This document shows positions 25,697 to 39,960 of a stretch of DNA of 64,000 bases, piece by piece; position 1 is the first letter of the stretch; the number at the start of each line of letters is the position of its first letter. Origin of the DNA: Monocercomonoides exilis PA203 (taxonomy: Eukaryota > Protista > Preaxostyla); assembly GCA_001643675.2 (NCBI GenBank), contig LSRY02000010.1, positions 372,001-436,000 of the forward strand, read 5' to 3'. A program made the position numbers and the translations under genes. The notes beneath the pieces are model-generated. The model was not told the origin of the DNA, did not search any database, and worked only from the letters and a program-made list of their open reading frames with translations.

Positions 25697-28600
25697 TTAA
25701 TACGTGATGCGGTTTTGCATGAACTGGAACCAGTCATATAGCCCTGTCGAAACAGCTCCTTTGGCTTCTCCAACTTTCCTTCTCTGCACATTTCCAAGAT
25801 CAAGCACATCAGAAACAAAATAACAAAATAAAATAAAATCACATTTAAAATACAATAAGAATGAAATTCATTATTAAATGCACAAACCATGAAAGCAACT
25901 GCCCCACACTCAGACAGCAGAGGAGCCAATCTGTTTGCCACGTCTGTCACCGAATGGGGCTTGAAACACTCCAGCTTCGATGGCATCATCAGCTCAATCG
26001 GAATCAGCAGCGAATCCATCCAGTCGCGAATCGCAAGGAAGCACTGGCAGCACAAGCACACAAACCACGAAAACCCTCCCGATCCCTCTCCTCCCATCGC
26101 AGACACCATCTCCGGTCTCAGCGGAAACGGTGCACGCTCAAACTCAATCCCGCCTGGTGCAATGTTGAAGATGTGCCCAAAGTCGATGTGCACAACATGC
26201 CCTCCCCCATCCACCAGCACATTCCCGTTGTGTCTGTCCTTCATGTTCAGCAGATACACAAGCACGCTGTATGCTGCTCCGCTCCGGATCAGATTTCGCT
26301 GGGCTCTGCGGAACGTCACGTCCACAAACCCACTCCCCTTCCCGTCTCCCCGCGACCCTTCCACACCCCCATTGCTCCCTTCTCCTGATGCGCTTCCTCC
26401 TTTTCCTCTCTCCTGCTCCTTTCCTTTGCCCCTTTCCATCTCCACCCCAAATCCCATTCCATACTTCAGCCCAAAATAGTCTTTCAGGTTTCCTTCCACC
26501 AGCTTCCCAATCATGTCCCGCGATGGTGCGTTCGGCACCACTTCCAGAATTCCCTTCCCGCCCTGCGTCGAGATCACCTGGTATGGCCCCACAAACACAT
26601 CCACTCCCTCCCCATACAACATCTCCCCCATCAGCCCAATCAGCTGCACTGCCAGCGAGTCTTGCCGGCAATCATCCCCCGACTTGAAGATGCACGTTGC
26701 AGTCGACAGCGAGCGCAGCGACGACACATCCACCACAAACTGCTCCTCATCTCTTTCCGCTCCCTCGCTGCTCGACTGAGGAGACGATGAAAAATATGGT
26801 GATTGCCCTGAACTCTCCACTGGTGATGGGGACTGAATCTGCATCTGTAACTGCTGCTGCTGTTCTCTTGCGCTCTCTTTCTTCCTCTGCTCCCTCCACA
26901 CACGTCGCTGCTGCTCCACCTCCTCTCCTCGTGCTGTGAAGAACCCGATCTTCACAGGACACTTCGCATGCGACTTCATCACTGCAATCGACTTCATATC
27001 CACCCCAACCACAACAAGCTCCGGAGCTGTCGGAATATACACTTCCCCGCTGCTGATCAGCCCCGCTGCCAGGACTGCCACTTTCTCTTTGATAAACGGC
27101 ACCCGCGCCCCAATTGCCATCGCCTTCAGCACCCCGCTGATCGCAGTCAGCGCCCCATAAAATCCAAACAGCAGCCGCAGATTCGCCCACTCTGCTTCCG
27201 AAAGAGATGACTGCACCAGCCCCATCATCAGCGACACACACTGCAAAAACACAATATCCTCCACCCCCAGCACCTCTTCCTTGCCCTTCTTCTTCTTCTT
27301 CTGTTGGCTTTGTTGTTGTTGTTGCTGCTGTTGCAGTTGCTGTTGCATCTGCGGAGCTGTGGACGAGCCTTCCAGCCGAGCAGGCACTTGCTCTCGTGCT
27401 TCGCTCTCGCTCTTCTCGTTTGCTTCTGCTTCATCTGAATTTGTGTCCTCGTTCGCCCTGCTGTCCCCTTCTTCATCTTCTCCATTGTCTGCCTCTGTGT
27501 TGTCCAGCCTGTCCAGAGCCAGAATAGTTGCTGCGCTGTCTCTCCCCATCCCCATCTTTTCAGCTCCTCCTCTTCCATATCGGTGCGCAATCCGTCTTTC
27601 TGCCTCTTCCTCTGCTGCTCGTATCATCTGCTCGTTCTCCCCCTCAACTGCCGGCAGCTGGCAGTTCAGCTCCCACAACAGCCTGTGCCCGAGCACCCGC
27701 GACGACCAGGCTGCCCCAATCAGCACTCGGCAGATCGACCCGCATCGCACCACAAACTGCATCACACCCAGCGGGGAAAGTGGTGCCAGCACCAGCTCTG
27801 AAGCCACACATGGAATCGGAGTTGAAGTCGAGGATGGGTGAGAGGCAGCAAATGCCGAAAGTGCTGAAGATGATGACAAGTCCACAACTGTCGAGAGCAG
27901 CTTCCGAAGTGGGCTTATCCGGAACATGGGCTGCTCGAACGGGATGATCGCAAATGAGGTCGGCCCTTGCACTTCCGAAGGTGAAGACGGTGTTGGTGAG
28001 AGTGCTGAGTATCGGGTGGTGTGCCGAACAAAGAACAACTGATCGCATGCATCCATTCTCTGCTCCATATCCTGATCGCTCGAAAGAGTAAATATCTGTT
28101 TTCCATTTGCATTTGAAGATGAAGTCGAAGAAGCAGAAGAAGCAGAAGATGGCAATGTTGATACTGATGTTGATGCTGATGGAGATAAAAGATGAGACAT
28201 TTGCTGAGATGAATCTGCGCCTTTCTCGATGCTTCTCCCTTTTTCATCTTCAATAAGCTTCTTTTTGAAGCTCTTCATCTCCCTCTTGGTTGCTTGCCCA
28301 AAGCATTTCGAAGGAAACTCAAACAATCCCAGCTCAAAATGCTCCTTTCCATTTGGTGTGAATGGCGCCATCCGGAACGATTGCACAAACTGTGGCAGAT
28401 AGAACGTGATGCGCAGAGGAGGTGCGACTGCAATCGACCACGACACAAATGCTCGCACACACGAATGAATTCGCAGTGCCGTTGGCACATTCGGCGACAA
28501 ATAGGACATTGCTGAGTCGATCGGAGCTGCTCCACACAGCGACAGCACTTGCAGCGCACCACACGAACCGAACATCCTCGGAGTTCCAATCACTCCAATG

Positions 28601-31600
28601 TGCTCTGTCACAGAGTGAGGAGCAACAATATGATATGTCGCTCCAAACTTGTGCTCCACTTTCGCCTTCTTTGCTTGTGACCCAAATGCCCTCTTCACAA
28701 AGTGCTCATTCAAGCGAATTGCTCTGCATCCAGCATCCACACCCACACACACCCCGTCTCTCCCTGATACTCCTCCTGATGCTGCAACAGGATCAGCACT
28801 TGCCAGCGCCTCCACAACATTCTGATACTCAGGCTGCTTCACCACCAGCCGCATCGACACAGCCAGCTCAGGCGAAACATCCCACGCTGCTGATGCCACA
28901 GCAAAATAAGGCGACGAAGTGAGCCACAGCGCATGTGTCGCACACCCCTGCCGCGACAAAGATATGCACGATGCACCGTCTGTCAGCGAAAGCGAAGAGG
29001 TGAATGTGCTGTTTAGCTGTCGTGCTGTTGACTTCTTCCTCTTCGATGCTGCTGCTCCTGCCTCTCCCGTCATACCATGAACCCAAGGGATAGGTGGCAT
29101 GACACGCAACGAGTTTGGAGAAGGCAACGCCGAGGAAGCAGCAGAACTGCGCGAATTCAGATGCCCCAGCGAGCTTGTCCACTTCGGTGGCTGAGGCTTC
29201 TCCAGGCGCTGTGTCAGATGCACACCCAGCGGATCGTGCCAAGTGATCGTCCGCTCGATCGTCGACTCTGCCAGAACATGCACAAGACTCGCCCGCTCCA
29301 CAAACGAAGTTCCACGCGAGGGTGATACAATCGGAAGACGCAGCAGGAACGGAGATGGAAGCAATGGCACATTCAGCGACAGAACAGGAGGAAGGAGAGG
29401 ATGCAGCTGAGCAAAAGTAGCAGTCGAGCTCGAACACGAAGACGGATTCACAAAAAGTGAAGCCTTTTTGTCTTCAGCTGCCTTCGCCTTCGACAGCGCC
29501 AGAAGGGCTGAATATGCACATCGACTGCTCACAGAATCTGACAGTGGCACTGTTCGGCACGACGATTCACCATTCACAAACTCTGATGGCTTGTGGTGAT
29601 AGTTCGACTGCGATTGCGATGAAAACCGAGAAAACAGGGAGGAGCCTGGCAGAAACACACAGCTGCTGTCCAGCGATTGTGCTGTCAATCCATCGCTCGA
29701 ACGGGATGACGATCCAGATGCCCTCTTTCCTAGCTCAGTCGTGTAGTTTCTGGTGAAAGGCGCTGAAGTCAGGCTGTTGGGCACACAATGCACGCTCCCA
29801 AAAGGTGATGAGTCCAGACCATGAGGTGTCTGGAACACACTCCTTGTCACAGAGCCTCCCTCGCAAAATGGCATCGTGCTCATCCGATAATCACTCCCCA
29901 GCAGATCAATCTGTGGAATCTCTGGCAGCTCCGTTGCTTCTATCCCATTTGTATTTTCGGCTCTGTACTTTCTGCTGCCACCAATGCAGTTCTCACATCT
30001 GCTTGCCGCAAATGACAGAGAAAGAGCTGACAGAGAAGTGATTGCAGCTGGTGCAGCTGACGGAATCGAGCTTCGGGCACAAAACAGAGGAGACGAATTC
30101 AACGATGGAGAAGGTGTCAAGAATGATAGAAGAGTGCTCATGTCGGAAATGAAAGGCGCTTGCGTGCCTTGATCTCCATTCTTTGCCTCCTCATTCTGCT
30201 TCAACGAAACATCTGAAGAAGAGTATGTCGAGGCGAGTGACGAGCCATAACGCGACAGATTCCACGTGAGAGGCGCCAGAAGAGGAGCCACATGAGGTGC
30301 AAATGCTGCAGTTGATGAATTCGATGATGGTGAAAGAACACCTGGCAGATGCAACTGTCTCAGTACTCTTTCCCTCAAAACAGACAATGCTTTCTTCCTG
30401 CTCCCTCTTTTAGAGCCCTTCGTTCTGCTATTCCTCTGCGCACTTGCTGATGACACTGTTGCTGCAGATGTTGCAGATGTCACAGAAGAGGGAGAAGACG
30501 AGCGGTGCCCAAACGCTGTTGACTCCCGGTCAGCCACAAAAGACGACAGCTCGTCCATCGAGCTGTGTAGAAAGTGCGACGAGTACTCAGCTGCAAGCGA
30601 CGGCGACAGCATCCGCGTGAATGCAATCGACGGCGATGGCAGCGAGCCCTGATACATCGCCGATGGCCCCAGCGACATAAGCACGCTGCTAGACGAGGGA
30701 GTGCGGCTCAGCGGAGACGGAGACAAGCTCGGATATCGCATGCCATACGGCGTGAGAGCCGACGGCCGCACAGGTGTGGGTGCAGTGGGAGAGGGATGTG
30801 CTGGCGATGGAGCAGCGCTGGCTGGCGTGTCTGCACGGTCTGTAAACGGAGCAAACGCCATCATCCGCCTCATCAGCTTCTTTCGCAACGAGTCGCTGCT
30901 GTCCTTCCTGTGCCGACCAGCCATCGATCCTGCCACTGAATACGATGTGCCATCATCCACGCCTCCACCAGCATACGGAGAAAGAGGAAACGGCCGCGAC
31001 GCTGAACGCTGCATCGGAGAGCGTGTTGCTGTCAGGCTGTCTGAAAACACACTCGGCGTCTGCCCATCCCCATCCATCCGCGAGTATCCCACAGAAAGCG
31101 ACGAAAAAGGAAGCACAGAAAAAGAGCTTCCCCCTTCCAACGATAGCGAACCTGCCACATCTTCATTCAGAAGGAATATTTGTGCAAGAGGCGCAGATTG
31201 AAGCTGCGACGGAGGGTTTTTCTCGAGCCAGTTGCGCAGCTTGATCACAGACACAAGAAACTGCTCCACAAGCTGCCCAGCATTTCCAGTTGGGAACGAC
31301 ACAGGAAAAGCGCTGCCATCCTCAGAGTTCAGCCCATGCTGTGGAGATGAAGTTGAAGACATTTGAGCAAATGCTGCTGAGAGAGGTGCAGCAGATGGAG
31401 GAGAATATCTTTTGTGCGAATGGTCGAACCAATGAAGAGCAGTGTTAAGTGCACGCCAGCGGAGCAGCGAGGCAGAAGTGTGTGGGATGGGACAGTGGAA
31501 GAAGCCTGTTCTTGTTGAGGTTAGTGCAAATGGCAGAGAAGATGGAAGGATTGAAAATGATGAAGAGAGCGGGCAGCTGAGGTGATCCACCAGTGCAGAT

Positions 31601-34600
31601 GAAGAAAGCAATGACATTACGGACGAACAGATTGAAGAAGCAGATTGAGGTGAAAGCGAAAGCGGAGCTAAAGACGAGAAGGATGCTTGTGAAGAACTGG
31701 CAGGAAGAGCAGCTGATGGAGGCACTGCTGTCAGTGTGGGTGCAGACAATGTGGATGAGTGTGTGATGATCTCCCTCTGAACGAGATGGGAGAGTGTGTC
31801 TGTCAAATGTGCAGAGTGCAGCGACAGAACAGAATTCGAGACAGAAAGGCCGATGATGCACAGCTCGAAGAAGGCAGGAGCAAACAAAATGTGCGACGAA
31901 AGAGCAGAAGGCATTGCAAAGCACATGTCAACGCAGTCATACAGCATCCGGATGATGTTCCATCCATAAAGCGCTCCACCACCGCTGCGCAGCGAAGACA
32001 CAAGCTCTTCCCGAAGAAATGAGAGAACACACAAAAACGAACTGTTCAGCGAGACAATCAGCTCGTCTGTGCGTTTGCTGTATGACACATTGAAGTCGAT
32101 TGGACGCGGAATATTCGAAGAGTCGTGCGAAGACACCACGTCTGCTGAATCAATCGATTGTACAGGAGGAGTCGAGGAATACGATCCAAACAGACTTATT
32201 CTTTCTGTTATCAGGCTTTTCCACAGGCGAGAGAATGTGCAAAACAGCTTCTCTTTTACGAGACGAGCTCTGCTGTTTGCAGAAAGGCTGTTAAAAATGA
32301 TAGATTCTCGTGACAGTTCTCCTGTTCCTTTTGAAATATTGGCGTTTATCTCTGCTGATGAAAAACCAATTGCACTTTCTAAATGAGATGGAATTGTTTT
32401 GTTCAATTCAAGTGGCAATTCGTCGTCTTCTGTCGTCGCCAGCACTTCGAGTGACGAGCACACCCAGCGCCATCCGTCCACACACATCTCCACAACCGCT
32501 TTATCTCCATGCTCCAGGCCGATCTTGGCGATGCTCAACCACTTCCACAAAAACGAATCTGTTGGAATTATTTCCCACTCACCGCTGGACAGATGGGCAG
32601 AAGAAAGAGAGACATATTTCTCTGCAAAAATCCTCCACTCGGCTTCTGATAGCTGCCTTTTTGGATGAAGATAAGTGAATTTTGTATTTGTCAAATAAGA
32701 ATTATTTCTTTCATATGGATTGGATGCGAGAACAGCATCAAGCTGTCCTTCGAGAAATGACTCAAACAGATCTGGCTGTGCAGGCGTCCTTTCTCTCAAG
32801 TGCTGGTAGCTTTTTGTATCTGCCCACATGCTTTTCATTCCTTTGAGGGAGCCCATCCAGTATGCTCTTTTCTCTGCTGTGTTTTGAAACTCCCTCACCT
32901 GCTCCTCTTCCATCCCCGTTGCCATCCAAGAATCGCCTCCGCTGAGAAGCTTTGCATTGAAGAAATCGGACTCCTGGTTGAGCTCCATCGAAATGGCTGC
33001 GGCGATTCCTTCGCTCACGTTGGATGTGGATGGTGCAAATGATGAAGAAGGAGTTGAATGTTTGGACGATGATGAATGAGACGATGAATCAGATGAAGTG
33101 TCAGAAGAAGAAGAAGAAGATGATGATGATGAGGAAGAAGAACCGGAAGAGGAAGAGGAAGAGGAGGAAGAAGAGGAAGAAGAAGGATTGCTTGTTGAAA
33201 TGAGTGATGACCAGATGGTTTGATCGCTGGGCGAAGGAGCAGCCGGCTTTGTAGGGTCGACAGACAGCATCGAAGCATTCAGCGCCAAAAGCGTCTGAGA
33301 TGGGCGAATGCCTTTCTGCTGAACCGCCAGCGAAGACACGGAAGAAAGTGGAGAGTGAATGAATGTTGAAGTGAGTGGGTTGAAGTGAGGTGGTTGAAGT
33401 GAAGGAGTCAGCTCAGGGCAAAGGGGGACTGTGGTGAGTGAGGTGAAGAGATTGTCCATTGCAGACAGACAGAAAACGAGCGACGATTGAGTGCGTTGCT
33501 GTGTGAAGGACATCGAAAAGGACAGCCAGCGCCGTGTCGCCTGCAGCAGATTCAGAAGAATACGGGCAGTTTCAGTCTTTGAAGACGGAAGGACAGAGGG
33601 AGGGAGAGGAAAGAAGGAAAAGGCAGTGAGATCAGCGCCCGAGTACGATGATGATGTGGAAGGAGAAGGTTGCATTCCAACAGAAGAGTTTGACTGAGTG
33701 AGCTGTTGAGGAGGGAATACAGCAGACATCGTGTGGCGATGAGGGAAGGTGTGGAGCGTGGGAGCTGACTGCGACGGAGGAAGGCCAGCAAAGTCGCTGA
33801 CAGACATCAGAGAAGCAGAAGGAGGGGCAGCTGAAGTGGAATGTGCTGAAGTGAATGAAGAGAAGGCGAATGGCATGAACGAACGGAAGCGCTTCATTGA
33901 GGAAGGGACAATGTGAATGGGGAGATCAGCGCCGATGGTTGAAGTGAGTGATGAGTGAAGTGAGTCGAAAAGAGCAAAAAGAGCTGACAGAAACGAGGGA
34001 GAAGCGATGGAAGACGGAAAGATGAGCAGGAAATGTGTCAGTGCAGAATGAGAGAAGTACCTCAGATTTGGGTGAGAAGTGACTGAATATCGCAGAAGTA
34101 GTGACATGTTCCGCTGGAGAACGAGAGGGAGCATCAGAGGCGGCGGATTCACAGACAACTGGTGTGGTGGTTTTTTGCTTCCAGGAACCAGCCCAAGTTC
34201 TGCTTCGAAACTGTTTTGAGACGAAACAGACAGAAATTCAGTGGCTTTTCGGATGGCATCGTTCAGCTCATTCGCCAACTTAATGCAGCTGCCGAACGAA
34301 AGCTCCGCCCGCTCGTTTGTGCTCATCTGATACGTCACCCTCACTCCAGGCATGCTTTCCACACGAGACCTTTCTCTGTTCCTTTGATGCACCAATCTTA
34401 TCGAATTCGCCTTTTGGCGAGTCAACCGCGACGCCACGTCCAACACACAACCTTCGTCGCAGTGTCCGCTGCTGCTGCCTCTCCTCTCTATTTCAGCCGC
34501 CAGCTGCTGCACAACGCCCTGGCAGAGGCGGACGAGGAAAAGAGAGACGCTCCCGAGCTCCATCAGCTCGTCGTCGAGAAGATAGCACAGCGCCGCGGAG

Positions 34601-37600
34601 ACGCCGCAGCTGTTCTGCTGGGCGGCTGAAAGGGGAGAGAGGAAGAGAGGTGCAATGCAGGGTATCTCAGACGATGAGACCGGAGGGAACAAAAGCGAGG
34701 GAGCATTCAGAAGCGCGACGGAAGAGGGCTTCCAGAGCGAAGGTGTGTGCGGAGAGCAGCCCAAAAACAGAGGAAGAAGTGACGTTGCGAAGTGGGAGTG
34801 TTCAGCAGCCGGGTGCTCAGCGTTACTGGCAGAGGGATGCAGAAAAGAGAAGCAATCGTTCAAATCCAAATACGAACGCTGGTTTGGCGTGAGTGAGTCG
34901 TAGAGCAGCCGATACGCAGCGTCAGACGGGTTCAAAGGCGACTCCAAAAACGACAGCGCAAACAGAACATTACCTTGAACAGCAGCAGAAAACCGCGCTG
35001 CCAGCGGATACGAGTCGAAGTCTGCCTGTGAGAACTTGCCGTCTGCGGCGCCTGTCCTCAGCGAAGGCGGGTGCTGCGACGAGAAGACGGAGAACGAGGC
35101 TTCGAGGCGGATGGACTCCAACATGAACACAGAGAGGCAGAAGAGCAAGTGAGGCACGTTCATCTGTGCGATTTTGGAGGCAAAGTGTGATGTGACCACT
35201 GGAACTGGCGCAGATGTCTGCTGGGCGATGGTCGAAGGGGCGTGTGTGGTGAATGAGGTGGACAGGAAAGCGCGGATGGCAGCAGCGTCGGCATTCGACA
35301 CGACAATCTCGAGGAAGAACGGCTGGTCGAGTCGTACGGTGGGCTTGGAAGCGCCTGGCTCTGTGGAGATAGAGGGAACAAAGAGCGACGAAGAGGAGAG
35401 CGGATCAGAGGAAAAGAATGCTCGATGGACAGAGTGCAGAGCACGTGGATGTATCAGCGGCGGAGTGAAGAGCGAAATAATGTGGAAGTATCCCTGCTCG
35501 AACCACTCTGAAAGAGAGGCAGACAAATCAGCTGAAGAAGACAAAGAAGAAGAAGAGGAAGAAGCTGAGGCTGATGCAGATGTTGAGGAAGACAGCAGAA
35601 AGCAGGAGCCTTCGGCGCCTGACAAATGCAGAGGAGTAAAGAGCAAGGAAGATGGAGAGCAGAAGCCGAACAAGGCCGAAAAGAGCCAAAACTGCCTGAA
35701 CTGCGAAAGAAGAGGCGGAAGAATTGAAACGCCTTCCAGCGGAGTCATCAGCGACGACTGAACAAGAACAGCAATGATTGGAATCAGCTGCCCGGCCAGA
35801 AAGAGCGACGGGTTGAGAAAAGGCGCGGCATTGCTAGCATTTCCAGAGGACGAGGCAGATGAAGCAGATGAAGCAGACGATGCTGTGAGTGAAGAGACAG
35901 GATATCTAAGTTCTGCGCCCTTGTTGCTTGAGCGCTGTGCAAGTGTTGTTGGAATGGTTGCGTCTTCGCTCTCCCCTTCATCTTCGGCGCCGGCCACGAT
36001 GCGGACGCCGGGGATTTGAGCGCGGCTGCAGAGCTGGATGAACACAGAAAGAGTCTCTGACAGCATCTGAAGACGGAGCGGAATGGCATTCGGAGAATAT
36101 GCCGCAGAATTCGAGGGAGATGACTTCTGCGCATCAGCCTCAGAACTGTGAGTGCGATCTTTCTTTTGTCTGGCCACTTCTTCCTCTCTCATCACCAGCT
36201 GCGTGGCGAAGAGGAGCATCGCACTGAACAGCACAGGCCGCACTGAATTCAGTCTCGGGCTGAAAAAGTTGAGAACAGAAGAGGAAAAGAAGGTGATCAG
36301 ATCAGATGGGGCTGAAGAGAACTGAAGCGGAACAGGCGTTTGAGAAGGCCCAGATGAGAAGGATATGAGCGACTGGCGGAATGAGAGGCTGCTGATTGAT
36401 GGTGTGTATGACGACTGCAGAGGAAGAGGCAGCTGAAGGACGGGCGTGGCACAGAGAATAGACAAGGCGACAGTGAGCGGTGCATCAAGTGGCGAAGGAG
36501 GCAAAAGGAGAAGAGACGAGAAAAAGGAGCATATGTCGTCCAGAATAAGAGGAAGGGTCGAGTTGGCAGATGGAACTTGGAGTGAGAGCGAGACAATTGT
36601 CGATGAATGCGACAGAGAAGCAAACACAGACGTGGCCAGTTTGATGAGCGGGTAAACACGTTGTGTGTTCATTTTGAATGAATTGGCGAGTGATATCGCA
36701 GAAGCTGATTGATGAGCATGTGCAGAAGAAGACGAAGACGAAGAAGAAGAAGAAGAAGAAGACGCTGAAAAGGTGTTTGCAGTCGACGGGCTCAACGAGC
36801 CAAACGAAAATTCCTCTGGCGAATAGCTCGAAGCAGATAGAAAAGAGGAGCGAAAGAAAAAAGACAACTGCTGCGGAGCAAAAAGCGTGGGAAACGGACG
36901 GAGAGGCTTCAGAGAAGACATGCAAGGCGAAAAAGACGATAAAAGCGACTGGACTGATGAAGAGAATGCAACCAGCGCTGACGGAAGGGAAGTAGTAGCA
37001 TACGAAGAGAGAAGCATAAAAGAAATGGATGTGGTGAGAGAATGCTCCAGAAACGGTAAAGATGCTGTTTGGCATTGGACAAGAGACAACAGAAAATAAA
37101 ACTGGATGAAACGAGATATCGCCTCTGAAAGAGTAGGCATGCTTGAAGCAAACGATTGAATCTGACTTTCGAAGGACGACCCCATTTCAGATAGATGCTT
37201 GTGCACCGGAGGCGCAAGAAACCATTGCTCACTCAAAAGTGATGGAGAGATGCTCCACAATTGTTCTTTACCCCTTGCTTTCCCGAAGGCTATGTCTTTG
37301 CTGTGAAATTGATGCACTGCAAGAGACAAAGGCGTTCCAATGGGAGCATTTCGCGGCATCCGAAAAGAACGATGTGAAGGTGTCATAATTCCAGGTCCAA
37401 AAACTGGGTTTCTGTTGTATGTTTGTGTTGATGAAGTTGCCGTTCCAGACATTGATGCCATTGCTGGCGAAGATAATAAAAGAGAAGGTGAAGAAGAAAA
37501 TGACAACGAAGGGAAATATGTATTAAATAACATAATAAATGATGCCAATGAAGATGTTGCTTTTATTTGCGCAGCATTATGCTTTATGCTAACTGAATAA

Positions 37601-38316
37601 GAGTGCAACTTTTTGAATTTACTATCACATTGATTAGAAAAAAGTTGCGAAAGTGATGCCAATGACAATTCAACAGGTGGAAATATTGCAATGCACTGAA
37701 TGTAGCAAAAACAAAACGAAATAATTTTCAAAATTATCACATTAAATTCTGGCTTGTTATTTCTGAGCGTTGTAAAAGTTTTTTCTTTGGTTGATTGAAT
37801 GTGAACAAAACAAATTTTTAATATTTGTTCGCAGATGAATGTCGTAAGTAATAATAAAAATGTGATATCTGATGGCAAATATTCCTCACATTGCTTTTCG
37901 AATTTGACATTTATGCCACAATCATCAGAATCATTATTCAAAAACGGAAATTCGATTAATAATTGAACGCTTTTTTGAAAAATAGTACTAGCATGACATT
38001 CACGTAGTGCTTCTGCGATATCAGCAAGCTTTGCTTGCTTAATCTGACTTATTAATCCAAATTTAATTTCTTCGATTTCACACTGTATTTTTTCGAGTTG
38101 TTTCTGCATGTCAAATAGAGAGTTTATGTATTGTCCATGCTCCGAATAAAAAGGAGTGGATGAAATTTTGCTCAATTTTGAAAGAGAAAATGTTTGGTGA
38201 GAAAGCCATTCAATGCTGAAACGCAATGATTTCGATAGAAATGGTAAGATTGAATTTGCTGAATCGAGTTCTTTCAAATATTCTTCGCAATATAGCTGAG
38301 AAGAAGCCATTTCCAT
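25697..38316 (-). CDS. PI4KA: Phosphatidylinositol 4-kinase type III alpha (PI4KA/STT4-like); predicted exons 38316-25888 and 25783-25697 (~4171 aa)
   Basis: Kinase motifs MKSHAKCP, IFKSGDDCRQD, KDRHNGN, HIDFG and FERAPF are present, plus helical-domain FYLPQFVQS. Splicing a 104-nt GT-AG intron gives the typical tail STGLYDWFQFMQNRITY*. Confidence 0.92.
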
Positions 38317-38649
38317 CTGTAAAGGCAAAAATTAATGTTTCTGATCAATAAACAAATAATTATACAATTTGATTTAGAAATTATCGAAAAAATGAAGAAT
38401 AAATATTTAATATGTATTTCTTAATTGAAGGAAGATTGGTACAATTTTCACTTATGAAGAAATTTCTTTGAAGTGTTGTTTGGCTCGCAAATGAACGATT
38501 TTTGATATTTTCAAAATGGAAGGATCGAAAGACAAATGAATCGATGAGATTCAAGAGATGCAACCATCGAGAAAATTACAAAATTCTTTTATTATTCGGA
38601 AGTTCGTTGGATGATATTAAGTGCAATTTATTCTCTCTTTTGATTTTTT

Positions 38650-39960
38650 TTATTGGGATTTTGTGCATTGCTCGAGAGATGATGGACAAAAGCAGAAAAT
38701 AGAGGTGAAGAAAAGAGTGATTGATTAAATGAATGGAAACTATTTTCAATGTTTTGAATGATAAAATGAACAAGAATTATGAAATGATTGAGGAAAAGAA
38801 ACTGACTTTGTTATTCGCAATTCCGTTGAAAAAGAACTTGGGATATTACAAAGCGTTGAAATACATGAGTATTATTGAATTTGGGAAAACTTCATTAAAC
38901 GAAAGATTTGAGAAGACGATTCTTGTAGCAGCTTTGAAAAAAGTTCAAAAGAACAAAATGTTTCTTACTGATCTTTGTGAATGCTATCTTCTGTCAAACG
39001 ACAAACTTTCTTTGGAATTGTCTCATTCTGCATATCATGCCTTCTGAAAGTTGCGTTGAATTATGAAGAAAACGAAGAAGCTCAAAAAGAAACGGAAACG
39101 GCTTTGTTGGCTGGACGTACATGATCATCATTGTTTGATGCGTTTTTCGCTTTCTTTTTGATGTGTTTGTTTCTTTCTAGCTATTATATCAGGGAATGAA
39201 AAAAGAGATGTGTTTGAAAGGGATCAAAGAAATTATCAAGAATCATCAGGAACATCGCAACAAAACCTAACTCTCATATCAATCGGTTTGGGTTTATTTG
39301 CAGACAGGTTGGTTAATGACAAATGTCCGAAACGCATTATTGTGAATGAATTGCATTTCGCTGGATAGACACTAAAAGAATTGAAATAATAAGTGAAATG
39401 TGATTATTGGAAGAGAAAAGATCAGGTGAAAGAAAAAGAAAAAGAAATGAAAGAAGAGCTTGTTGTATTGAGATGACTTCGAATATAGGATCGTTATTAT
39501 TTCTATTGCATGTATGGAAAGAAAGAAATATTGGACTTATCAACAGCGTTGTTCAGTTATTTCGAGCATCAAAGGATAATCACAGAGAAATAAGCAAGAA
39601 ATACTTTCATCCACAAAAAACACCAACAGAAAATGAGAGTTGTGCAAGTTGATGAGCTGTTGAATGGATGTCCTTTGGTGTTGTTCGAGAGGAGAATCAT
39701 CGACCAACGTTGAATTACAAAATAACAAGTTTATACATGTTATTTTTTATGAATGTTTCAAAAAGATTGAAACGATAAGAGAATGATGAAAAAAGGGATG
39801 AGAAAAGAAAATAATTGAAAAGAAAAATGAATGAAAAAATTTATGAAGAAGAATATGAAGATTGAATCATCGGAATGAATAACTTCGTTGTTGAAAAAAA
39901 TTCTTTATTCATTTTAATAAGTTCGAACTTGTGAAGATCATATTGAACATTGATTAATCG
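38650..39960 (+). pseudogene. Family-1 copy C, heavily degenerate
   Basis: Remnants MIEEKKL, LTDLCECYLL, CLLKVAL..EENEEAQKE, NELHF and EEEYED are recognisable among many stops and frameshifts. Confidence 0.75.

Noticed and set aside
948-37600. Many antisense and alternate-frame ORFs overlapping NOT3, the 5-phosphatase and PI4KA
   Set aside because: They are shadow ORFs of GC-rich low-complexity exons and carry no independent motifs.
4180-38316. Functional phosphoinositide cluster (5-phosphatase plus PI4KA)
   Set aside because: The genes are ~16.6 kb apart with unrelated DNA between them; chance proximity is sufficient.
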